64,000 bases of DNA, from assembly GCF_006345805.1 (NCBI RefSeq), contig NC_043003.1, forward strand, positions 106,392,001-106,456,000, read 5' to 3'. Positions 1 through 12,417 of this stretch are shown one piece after another. The notes under the pieces are model-generated. The model saw only the letters and a list, made by a program, of their open reading frames with translations. It made no database searches and had not been told where the DNA came from. Origin of the DNA: Octopus sinensis (Eukaryota). The translations under genes were made by a program, and so were the position numbers. The stretch's first letter is position 1; every line of letters begins with the position of its first letter.

Positions 1-1100
1 AAGTTTTTTAGTTATGCCATATGAATTCGAAATGTCTTTCAAAGTTTCTGAATTCTCATGATGTCAGCAATTTATAATTCTCATTGGTAATGGACAGAGA
101 AATTTGAAGGACTGCTTTGGCCCAATGGTAGAATGTCTGTCACACTTACAGGATATGTGGGTTCAAGTCCCATGGCAATCTTTGATGTTTTCCATCAAAA
201 GGGTTTTTTAACCCAATATTTACAAGCTATTATTACCCTGGGCACATAAACGAAAACTGGGTATTGTGATAACTTGCCTTTGTCTGTGTGTTTGCAAAGT
301 TACTGGAAAATGGCTGAATGAATTTTCCCCAAATTTGGTAGAAATACTCAGTGGGTGAGTGGCTCAAAATTATGGAAATTTGGTTTGATTATCTTCAAAC
401 ATAAATCAATACATACATAGATATGTGATTGTGTGTGTGTGTATAGTGTTGGATTCAAGGGTTTTGTTTATTTATGAGTTGATTGCTTAATTTCAGTGGA
501 GTATAAACATGTATGATGGTGATACTTAAAAGAAATAAAATTCTTTTAGAATCAAACTTATAAATTTCCCGATAAGCAAGTGGATATATTATTCATATCG
601 TACAACAAACTACAGCACATGTGATTCACCTGCCATCATTGAAAGACACTATACTATACAATATTTTCTATAAGTATTTCATTTTGTTCACTTCCTTTTT
701 CATATGAATCGACCCTCGTCTTTGTGTGTAGAGATCATGGTGTACCTATGCGTGTAGACACATGTGAGTACATACATACATACATAAATATATACATATA
801 TATGTGACTGTGTGTGTGTGTGTACAGTGATGGATTCAAGGGTTTCATTTATTTACAAGTTGTTTTCTTAATTTCATTGTTCTTAGGCTTCTAATCCTCT
901 TTCAGTCAAACACAAAGCTTAATTCAATTCAGTTAAAAAGTATGAGAAAGCCATGCATTGTAAGTCATATTATAATTTGTGAAAAACTTTATCTGTGCAC
1001 AGGGGATGCATCACCCTAGCCTTTTTATTTTTCATTTACAGCATTTTCTACTTCGAGTTCCATCCTTAAAAATATTTTTTCCTTGTCTTTTATTTATTAG

Positions 1101-1323
1101 AAACTCAGTTTTTCCGATGTCTCTGTCAGACACTTAATATTACACTGAGCAAAGATGAAGAAAAAATTATTTCTGAAAAATATGACTTTCGAAGAAATAA
1201 GACTGTCAACTACCGAGAGTTTTGTTCCACCATAAATAAACCAATCAAGGAAGACATGGATTCCAATGAACAGTCTGAAATATATCAATGTAAACAACAA
1301 CAACAACAACAACAGCAACCAGT
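1101..1323 (+). CDS. EF-hand gene exon 1 in window ([42 protein letters not shown]...KQ8PV)
   Basis: ttattag acceptor ending at 1100, gtgagt donor at 1324, open frame, phase 2 matches the next exon. Confidence 0.85.
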
Positions 1324-4300
1324 GTGAGTGTTTTAGTTGTTTATAATTAATTGTTTGTATCATTTTTCATGTATGTCTTTGTGAAGATTGTTTTTTTTAA
1401 TGAGCTTTAATTAATTTTGCTGGTGTGATCATAAAATGTGCTCACTCTCTTCTTTAAAGTGCTTGATGAACAAGGGGAGATAACTTAAGTTTGAGCGAAC
1501 TCTTTAGTCTTGCTGAGAACACGTCAACCTCTCTTGTGCTGGTGCCACAATAGAATGCCTTCAATATGTTTTTTTTCTAAGGGTTGGTGTGAGGAAGGGC
1601 ATCCATTTGTACAAACCATTTCAGAAATGTATGTGTGATGTATTGAGAGTAATACGAAAATGAACATAACTTTTTTTATGAATTGACATAGGTATCCATG
1701 TTGTACATGTTGGCAGAATAACTCTTTCTCTTCCAGTTCTTCTTCATAACAGACAAATAATGGGTTGCAAGTAGATGCAAGTTCTTGCTTTTGCTTGCAA
1801 CATTATCATTGAGTTTTTGATGATGGAAGGATGCAGGCTGTCCACATTCACAGAAGGTTACAGGTTGTTTGCAGAAATGACACCATTGACAAAAGTAATG
1901 TGTACAGAGGCAGGCGCAGGAGTGGCTGTGTGGTAAGTAGCTTGCTAACCAACCACATGGCTCCGGTTTCAGTCCCACTGCGTGGCATCTTGGGCAAGTG
2001 TCTTCTGCTATAGCCCCGGGCCAACCAATGCCTTGTGAGTGGATTTGGTAGACGGAAACTGAAAGAAGCCTGTCGTATATATGTATATATATATATGTGT
2101 ATGTGTGTGTGTGTTTGTGTGTGTGTGTTTGTCCCCACTAGCATTGCTTGACAACCGATGCTGGTGTGTTTATGTCCCCTTTACTTAGCGGTTCGGCAAA
2201 AGAGACCGATAGAATAAGTACTGGGCTTACAAAAGAATAAGTCCCAGGGTCGAGTTGCTCAATTAAAGGCGGTACTCCAGCATGGCCGCAGTCAAATGAC
2301 TGAAACAAGTAAAAGAGTAATGTAAATAATTCCTCATCTCTTAAATATAGAACTGTATTATATGACGGTTTTGAATTTGGTTTGCAAGATTCTTTAGAGT
2401 TCGTGTGTTGAAGCATATTCTGTTGAGTCTGGGGAGGTCATTTTCTTTTTGTGCCTTATAATTTAATACACTCACTGGTAAAATTTCCACTTTTTTTCTT
2501 ATTTATATTTTCCTAAACTTTTTGTTGTCTTGCAAAAACATATTGTTATATGTATGAATAACCATATTCATAGAATTGTTCATTCATACATAACCAACTG
2601 TATGAATATGGTTGCATATTCATACTGTTGCAATCATACCAACTGTTGCACTGTGCCAACAGTTGTTACAGTGCAACCATACCAACTCCAGACAACAACC
2701 CATCCCAAAACAAGAAAATTCTTTTTTTAGTGTTGATGAATCTGACAAAAGAAATTTAAAAAAAAGCACTTCTAACTCTCACACAGCACCAACCACTGCT
2801 ATTACCCCAGTGCACAACCACACCATTGCTGTCTTGAACAGAAAAACTCAAATGGAAGGCAACAACACAACGAAAAGTGCAAGGAATATTAATGCAGTAT
2901 ATGGGGATCAGACAATAAGCGTAAGCCAGTGTCAAAGGTTCTTCCAGAAATTCCAAGCCGGAAACTATAGCCTAGAAGACAAGCCTCATCCTGGAAGATC
3001 TGTTGAGCTCCACAAGAATGTCCTGCAAACCCTGGTGGGACAAAATCCCATTGTAACTGTTGAGGAACTAGCAGAGAAGCTTGGATTTGGTCATTCAACC
3101 CGTCATTTGAATCAGTGTGAGAAGAAAATCAACCATCTTTGGTTTCAAGATGAAAAGTGTTCTTCCACCAGAATAATGTTCAGCCACATACAGCAAGGAT
3201 GAACAGTTTGAATGGGAAACGATGCCCCACCCACCATATTCGCCGGACATTGCCCCATCTGATTATCATTTATTTCACAGTCTTCATAATCATTTGGACG
3301 GAAAAAATAGGAATTCTGTAGATGAGGTCAGAACAATACGGGAGGAATATTTTTTGTCATGGACAAGTGAATTTTGGAAGAGGGATCTTGCAAATCCACC
3401 AGAGAGATGGAAGAGAACTGTAGAAAATGAAGGAAAGTGTATTTTAGATTAAAAAAGAATTTTGCTTACCTTAATTTTGAAAAATAAAAGAAGTATAAAA
3501 AAACTGCATTATTTATGGGATGACCTAGTATTTTAGTATCTTATTAGCTTAAAGCTCATAAGTGATCACTGTGCAACAATTAAAGAAAATAGTCTAATAA
3601 TGGGGCATTGGAAAAATGTAGGTTTTCCTGTATGCGTGGGACACACACACACTCATATACATATATATCATATACAAAGATTCATAAATATGTCTCCCAT
3701 AGTTTTATTTCATCCTTTTTCACAGCACCCCCAAACAGGCTGTGACTTTTTTTTTACCTCCAATAACAGAGAAGAGTTGATATTTTTTTCCAAACATGTC
3801 ATCTCTGAAGAGCATATAGTGTTAGTTAACCATTCTGTTATCTAATCCCTGGTTACCTAATATCCACTGCAAAACTCACCAATAAGATTGGTGGAACTGG
3901 ATCTATAATACTTCATACTTTGACTATATATATTCACGAGTGGCTGTGTGGTAAGTAGCTTGCTTACCAACCACATGGTTCCGGGTTCAGTCCCACTGCG
4001 CAGCATCTTGGGCAAGTGTCTTCTACTATAGCCTTGGGCCGACCAATGCCTTGTGAGTGGATTTGGTAGATGGAAACTGAAAGAAGCCCGTCGTATATAT
4101 GTGTGTGTGTATGTGTGTATGTTTGTGTGTCTGTGTTTGTCCCCCTAGCATTGCTTGACAACCGATGCTGGTGTGTTTACGTCCCCGTCACTTAGCGGTT
4201 CGGCAAAAGACACCGATAGAATAAGTACTGGGCTTACAAAGAATAAGTCCCGGGGTCGATTTGCTCGACTAAAGGCGGTGCTCCAGCATGGCCGCAGTCA

Positions 4301-7300
4301 AATGACTGAAACAAGTAAAAGAGTAAAAGAGAGAGAGAGTTTGTATGTTTATATAAAGATATACTTAAACATATGTACATGCATACTTCACTGATTTGTT
4401 GAAACTTTTGATGAAAAATAAGGGTTAAAATAAGTGGAAAAAAAAAAATGAAGGAGCAAATTTATCTGCCAACCCTAAAAACATTTACCATATTCTTTCA
4501 GAACACCAACAAAGTATTCTACATTGGATCAGGTTTTATCTCGGTTAGCTACTTATTATAATCTTTATGGCTTGTCAGTAAAAAGAGGCTTTGAAGATTT
4601 TGATATGCACAGTAAGGGCACTGTTACAGAAAGTCAGGTGGGTTCTTCAAGCATTGAAATTCCTTAAAAAATATCTTTTTGTTTCTTGTTTAAGTTTTTG
4701 TTGTTTTTCTTTTGTTTTTTTTTTGCTTTTTCTTTTCTTTTAAGTCTTTAATAAAAGGAGATAATGGTTATTTATATTTGTATGAATAAGGTCATAGGGT
4801 CATACAATCAATGAAGTTGACTGCTGTTTATTTCATAGACCCTAGTAAAGATTGCAATGCCGTATGGTTAAGAAATTTGTTTCATTATCATGGCCATGCA
4901 GTGCTGGAAAAAACAATTCACTTATCTTAGGAGTATGGGTGAAACAAAAGCTGAAAATAATGGGTAAGACAGAGGTTAGCACAGTATATATAAGTGGCTG
5001 CGTGGTAAGAAGATTGCTTCCCACTACATGGTTTTAGGTTCAATCCCACTGTGTGGCACCTTGGGCAAGTGTCTTCTACTATAGCCTCAGGCTAACCAAA
5101 GCCTTGTGAGTGGATCTGGTAGACAGAAACTGTCTACTATAGGTAACAATGTTATGCAAAATATGAAAACCAATTTATTGCATTGTACATCGGATAATGC
5201 TCATGAAATTAGTAACAGAAATAATGGAATTGAAAAACACATCCTGTACAAATATAAGATTTAAAAATTTGAAAATTATATAGCTTATGATAAAAAATAA
5301 TATTATTTGGCTCATTATTCCATTCACTAAGTAAATTAAGAACAATTTAGTTGAACCTTTATACAAACTATTTTCCAAAACTTTTACCAAGGAAAATAGA
5401 TATTATGATGTAATTAACACCAGTTTCCTCCATGTGGCTTTTTCTGTTTTGAAGAATATGTCCCAGATTATTTCTGCATTTACATATAATCCTTAAAAAT
5501 GTTTTAGCCCGAAGGCCGCGGCCATGCTGGGGCACCACCATATGCATAACTAACGGTTTTTTAAATACATTGGTAGCTAAAACACACATATGAGTCTGTC
5601 AAGGGTCAAACAACACATCGGAATGTAGCTCCCTTCTATTAATTTCTTTCTGTGATGAAATACTCAATTAACGATATTCAATATGGAAATTTAATTTCAT
5701 TTTATTTCTCAACTTGGTTTAATTGGAAACAATTGTAGGTGAAATAGAGTTTGACGTTGTTCAGAATTGTATTATTTTCTAACTAGCAGTATCGCCCAGC
5801 GTTGTTCAGGTTTGTAAGGGAATGAACTATATAAGCATTTTTAGAGAGTTACTTCCCTTATATAACCCGAGCAAAAATCATTAAAAATGCGGAAAAAATG
5901 ATGGTAAATTTTTTTTTAAATCGTAGACTAATCATAGACACGCACTAATACCCAGAAGGGTTCGATGTGAATGATGACTATAAGATACTCACTTTTGGTT
6001 AAACTGCACCGCAAAATGTGGGAGTAGTTAGGAATCTAAATTGGAGGAGACAGAGTCTCACACACACAACTTGAATTTTATATATAAAGATAAATTGGTG
6101 TCTGTATGTCAGTTTCTCCATTTTCTTTTTCTCATACATAAAAAATAGTATTTCCGCATCCATCAATGCAAAACTAACATCTTTGGTTTTTCACTGACAC
6201 ACTGGATAAAACTGGGGAACTTGAATGCGTGTGTGTGGCAGGTATATAAGTTTGAAGATATGATTATGTATACATATATATTTTTCAGTTCTATCGCAAT
6301 TTACCAATTCCTCCTGATATTAGTGAAATTGATCTCAAATTCTTGGTGCAAACTTATGCAGAAATTAGTGACCCAGGCTACATAAATTATAGCAAACTTG
6401 ACGTTGATGTCAAAAGATGTCAAGCAGCCAAAGAAGCAGCCAAAGAATTTCCTATTCCTCCACAGTCTGAAACTATTACCAAGGTAAGACACATTAAAAA
6501 CCATTATTTCTAATACTGCTTTCAAATTTCGGCACAAGGCCAGCAATTTCAGGGTAGAGGGTAAGTTGATTACATTAATCTCAGTGCTTAAAGATACAAA
6601 ATACCTAGATGGGTAGAATATATTAGATGTATTAAAGATTAGCCTTTTTTTCCTAATCCACCAGAACTATGCTATTTTCTTACCCCTTTTCTCTATAAAC
6701 TCTGGTTGTCCCTTATTAAAGAACTTTATGTACATTTGTTATTTAACCCTTTCATTGCTGTATTTCTGTTGAGATGCTCTGTTTTTCTTTCAATTACTTT
6801 TAAATATCACAAAGAATTTAGTAAAATGACTTAGTTACCATTAGGCTAGTGTTAGGGACATAAATTGTGACTAAGGTTTGGTAGAAGATTTTAATTCAGA
6901 ACTTATGAAAACAAGACTTTTGTACTTCAGAGCCAGAAATGGTTTCAGCCGGGTTGATAACGAGAGGGTTAAAGAACAGTCAACTGCTGTATAATGTAGG
7001 ATTGAGAGAGTTCAGTGAATAAAGGGTCAGACAGCAGGTTCAGAGTTGATGAGTTCAACAACACGGCTGGTGATCCATTGTGTCTTCAAGCAAAACAGTT
7101 TTACATATCTTGGCTCACCAAGACAACCAGGGACTGCATTTGGACAATGTATTCCCACCAAAACTCCAAATGTGAACTCCAACATCATCATCATCATCAT
7201 CATTTAACACCTGTGCTGTCTGACACCATCATCATTTAACACCTGTGCTGTTTGGCACCATCATTGTTTAACACCTGCGCTGCCTGACACCATCATTGTT

Positions 7301-8067
7301 TAACACCTGTGCTGTCTGACATCATCATCGTTTAACACCTGTGCTGTCTGACATCATCATCATTTAACACCTGTGCTGTCTGACACCATCATCGTTTAAC
7401 ACCTGTGCTGTCTGACATCATCATCGTTTAACACCTGTGCTGTCTGACACCATCATCGTTTAACACCTGTGCTGTCTGACACCATCATCATTTAACACCT
7501 GTGCTGTCTGACACACTTGCTCTCTCAGTGGGCATTTGTCAAATTCGCAAGTTGGATATTTGGGCTGCAGGCAGAAGTGTTACTCTGCCTGCTGGAATGT
7601 CAGAACCGACCTAATGGTTAGCATTTGTGATGGATGTGGTAAACTTGTCACTCAGAGCCACCTCAAACCACCCAGGAGTAATGATGCTGGAAGTACATGT
7701 AAGGACAGATCACCAGATCACTAATGGGAATAAGTAACAGACAGAGGAATGTTGTTCCTGACAGACAAATGGTCTTTCCGGAAGATGCTCACTTATTGTT
7801 TTGCTATTTGGCTTTGGTGATTTGTGCTTTGGAAAAGCTTCAAGTCTCATTTACTCAACCAATCAATCACTTACAGTTCTATATTTAAGAGATGAGGAAT
7901 TATTTACATTATTTACATTTGATGGATATTTGTCCTCATCTTGTTTGTTGTTAACACAACATTTCGGCTGATATACCCTCCAGCCTTCATCAGGTGTCAT
8001 GGGGAAAATTTCGATCCTGGGTTCTCATTCCTAAGGTATTTTTCCAAGTTCGATTCCAGGCAGTGAT

Positions 8068-8101
<34 letters not shown>

Positions 8102-11100
8102 TAATAATAATACCAACAACAACAACAATAATAATAACAACAACAAAGAAGATGAGGACAAATATCCATTAAATGTAAATAATGCATATAATTCATTAAA
8201 TGTAAATAATGCATATAATTCCTCATCTCTTAAATATAGAACTGGGGAAATGGATTTCAACACTCTTTACTGCAGACTTATTCCAGATTATTATATATTT
8301 TTGTTCTATGTCTTGTAAACTGTTTAATTACACAAATCTATTACAGCCAGTTTATGAATAGTCATTTTACTTTCGTTTTTCTTTCACAAATTTTTCACAA
8401 ATCTTTTTCACAAATTTTTCACAAATCTTTCACAAATTTTTCTTTCACAAATTCTTTCAGTCAGAACCAGAACCAGATAATCCTCTGGCCAAAATCGTTG
8501 ACAACATTAAAATTGAAGCCTTCAAGAATGGCGTTCGAACAACTGATTTCTTCAGAGATTATGATAAACTTAACTGTGGAGCAATAACTGAATCCCAGTT
8601 CATAACATCTCTGAAGCTGGGCATAGGAAAAGAAGCCCACCTAACGATGAGTGACATCCAAAAAATAGTTGAAGCTAACAGGACCCTTGATGGCAAAGTT
8701 CGATACAAGGAGTTCTGTGATGACATTGAAAATGGTAAATTCTTTTCTGTTTTATTTACTGTTTTCACTTCTCTCTCTCTCTCTCCCCTCCTTTTCCCTC
8801 TCTCTCCCCCCTCTCTCTCCCTTTCCCTCTCTCTGTGGATGGAAGCACTCCATCGGTTACGACGACGAGGGTTCTGGTTGATCCGATCAACGGAATAGCC
8901 TGCTCGTGAAATTAATGTGTAAGTGGCTGAGCACTCCACAGACACGTGTACACTTAACGTAGTTCTCGGGGATATTCAGCGTGACACAGAGAGTGACAAG
9001 GCTGGCCCTTTGAAATACAGGTATAACAGAAACAGGAAGTAAGAGTGAGAGAAAGTTGTGGTGAAAGAGTACAGCAGGGATCACCACCATCCCCTGCCGG
9101 AGCCTCGTGGAGCTTTAGGTGTTTTCGCTCAATAAACACTCACAACGCCCGGTCTGGGAATCGAAACCGCAATCCTACGACCGCGAGTCCGCTGCCCTAA
9201 CCACTGGGCCATTGTGCCTCCACCCTCTCTGTACCTCTGTCTCAATGTCATGTGAAGATTGTAAATGAGCATCATCTTCATACAAGTGACGTTGTTCATT
9301 TCCAGTCTTCCACAGAAAATGTCTGGTGAGTGTTGGCAACAGGAAGGGCACCCAGCTGTCAAAAATTTGCTTCAGTAGATTCCATCTGACCCATACAAGC
9401 ATGGAAAAGTGGACGATAAAACAATGACAATGATAACAACAGGGTAATCATGGTTGTTATTTGGCTCCAAATCAGCACTGATAACAAATGATTAGACGTA
9501 TTCCAACCATGGCAGCCCCAACTATTTTTAAGGAATTTGTAGGACCAGATTATTCAGTATGTCTTTTGCATATTGAAGATGATAGGGTGTCACTTGAGTA
9601 AAACCTGGCTACTATTTCTAACATGCCCAACTAACCACACAGAGGCACCTTATCAAACTAGCTTTCTCTTGATACACACACATGGAAGCACTCTGTCTGT
9701 TACGACGACGAGGGTTCCGGTTGATCCGATCAACGGAACAGCCTGCTCGTGAAATTAACGTGTAAGTGGCTGAGCACTCCACAGACACGTGCAACCTTAA
9801 CGTAGTTCTCAGGGATATTCAGTGTGACACAGAGAGTGACAAGGCCGGCCCTTTGAAATACAGGTACAACAGAAACAGGAAGTAAGAGTGAGAGAAAGTT
9901 ATGGTGAAAGAGTACAGCAGGGATCACCAGCATCCCCTGCCGGAGCCTCGTGGAGCTTTTAGGTGTTTTTGCTCAATAAACACTCACAACGCCCGGTCTG
10001 GGAATCGAAACCGCGATCCTACGACAGCGAGTCCGCTGCCCTAACCACTGGGCCATTGCACCTCCGATACACACACATACACACTTTATGAAGATGACGT
10101 TTTTCCTGATGTCCTGGATGACCCCTGAAGGCTGCTGGACCAAGCCTAACTCTATTCACAGAGCTGAGCTCCGGATGTATTAGATGTCGTCCAATACATG
10201 GCTGTAATGTGTGTGTGTAATCAATGTTTATTGATTCTGCAGACATGTAGATTTAATAGCAAGAAGTAATAAAAGAATTAAAATTAGCCAGGAGGGTTGA
10301 CTGTTGCCAGAATTTTACTGAACAAAGCAAATATTTATTGTTAACATTTCTTTACTGTCCATTAAGACTGCTGACATCATAGTCTCTCTCTCTCTCTCTC
10401 TCTCTCACTTGTACAGTAACTAGACATTTCTTTTGCTTTAGCAGCAGTACAAGATCAGCAAGATATGTAGTGAATAGTGTTGATGTAATTGATCGAGTCA
10501 ATCCTGGCATGTTGTTGGTGTATTAGCATTGGAGAGTGGTTGGGTGTACTTAGAGTGACAAACCTCTGATGCGGGTTCAATTCTCAGCCAAGTTATTTCA
10601 CTTATCTTTGTCCTCCTACATGACAATGCCGTCTGCATACAACATCGTGGGGAGGAGGGAGGGGTACAATCAGACCGTTTTTTTCTTCTTTTTTTTTTAT
10701 GGAAAAAGCATTTGTTCTGGTACCATGTAAAGAGAAGCACCCAGTACACTCTGTAAAGTGGTTGGCATCAGGAAGAGCATCCCACCGTAGAAACCATACC
10801 AAAATAGACAATTGGAGCCTGGTGCAACTCTCTGGCTTGCCAGCTCCTGAAAAACTGATGTTAAAAACAGATGATGACCACCTCGAAAGGGTCCTATCAG
10901 AAGCAAATGTCATACTTTCCTGCTAGGTTTCCAAGAATGACCATCTCCGAGTCTCCTGCTGGTAGGCTTGGCTTGAAGAAACTGTCTTGTAATTCTTTCC
11001 TGCAACATTCTAATCCCATGTCTGTAAAACAGCAGCTGTGGCCTCTCTCAATGCGGAGAATGGCTCAACTTGGAGTGACTCTGCAACCTCTGCAACCTCT

Positions 11101-12365
11101 GCATTCTGTCAAGTAATGTTACTCTCTTTGCTCTCTTTTTACTATTTTACTTGTTTCAGTCATTTGACTGCGGCCATGCTGGAGCACCGCCTTTTTTAAT
11201 CGAGCAAATCGACCCCGGGACTTATTCTTTTGTAAGCCCAGTACTTATTCTATCGGTCTCCTTTGCCGAACCGCTAAGTAACGGGGACATAAACACACCA
11301 GCATTGGTTGTCAAGCAATGCTAAGGGGACAAACACAGACACACAAACACACACACGCATATATATATATATACATATATACGATGGGCTTCTTTCAGTT
11401 TCCGTCTACCAAATCCACTCACAAGGCTTTGGTCGGCCTGAGGCTATAGTAGAAGACACTTGCCCAAGGTGCCACGCAGTGGGACTGAACCCAGAACCAT
11501 GTGGTTGGTAGACAAGCTACTTACCACACAGCCACTCCTGCGCCTACTCTAGAGATCCTTTAGAGAAATTGCATTCCTGCCACTTGTAATTGCAACCTTA
11601 CTCTTTTGGTTATTATCCAGCATTCAGTGGTGAGGATGACAACATTGATGACAACTTAGTGATTTACATCCTGTATTGTAGAAGAGGAAAACAAGAAAGA
11701 TTTTGTTATTCTCAGACTGGAAACCTGGTTGGAATACTAACAGCTAAGTGACCTCCACTAAAGATATCCAAATGTTGGAATTATTAGAGTGAACAAGTGG
11801 ATTAGGTCTTTAGGGGGTGACTTAATAATCCATTGAGAGTTACAGGATGTTAGCATTAAAATAAAAACTAGGTGTAGGCTTGGCCATGTAGTTAATAGTA
11901 AGGGGTTCAATCCCACTGTATGACACTTTAGGCAAGTGTCTTCTACTAGAGTTTCAGACTGACCAAAGACTTGTGGTGGATTTGGTAGGTGGAAACTGAA
12001 AGAAGCCTATTGTATATGTATATGTAAAATGTATATATTTTGAGACCCCTTTCAGTCATGAATGACCAAGGGATTGCACCTAGAAAGTTACCTTCTGAGG
12101 CACAAGTCCAGGCAAGGTTGTTTGTGGAAGGCCAGCAGTCACCCATGCATACCGGCCTCCCCTCTCCACACCACTGATGTTATCCAAGGGAAAGGCAAAG
12201 GGGCCGATATAGCTTGGCACCAGTGACGTTGCAACTCATTTCTACAGCTGAGTTAAGTGGAGCAATGTGAAATAAAGTGTCTTGCTCAGGAACACAACAC
12301 ACAGCCCAGTCCAGGAATTGAACTCACAACCTTATGATCATAAGCTTGACGCTCTAACCACTGAG

Positions 12366-12417
<52 letters not shown>

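Noticed and set aside
410-870. Diverged ~90-bp direct repeat (about 410-500 and 780-870)
   Set aside because: Looks like two pieces of an old repeat next to microsatellites; no further structure found.
1097-1363. Minus-strand 88-aa ORF with a poly-Leu stretch
   Set aside because: Antisense shadow of coding exon 1 and its CAA repeat.
1676-2416. Recurrent ORFs ...[19 protein letters not shown]..., [11 protein letters not shown]...
   Set aside because: Incidental frames of SINE family A.
2612-3452. Intact mariner transposase
   Set aside because: Large internal deletion, frame breaks and a missing 5' TIR.
7192-7514. CRISPR-like look of the 32-bp repeat
   Set aside because: No unique spacers, no cas genes and a eukaryotic context; it is a plain tandem repeat.
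8887-9090. Recurrent ORFs [20 protein letters not shown]... and [16 protein letters not shown]... (also at 9730, 27194, 45833, 49507, 53850)
   Set aside because: They are incidental frames inside SINE family B copies, not a gene family.
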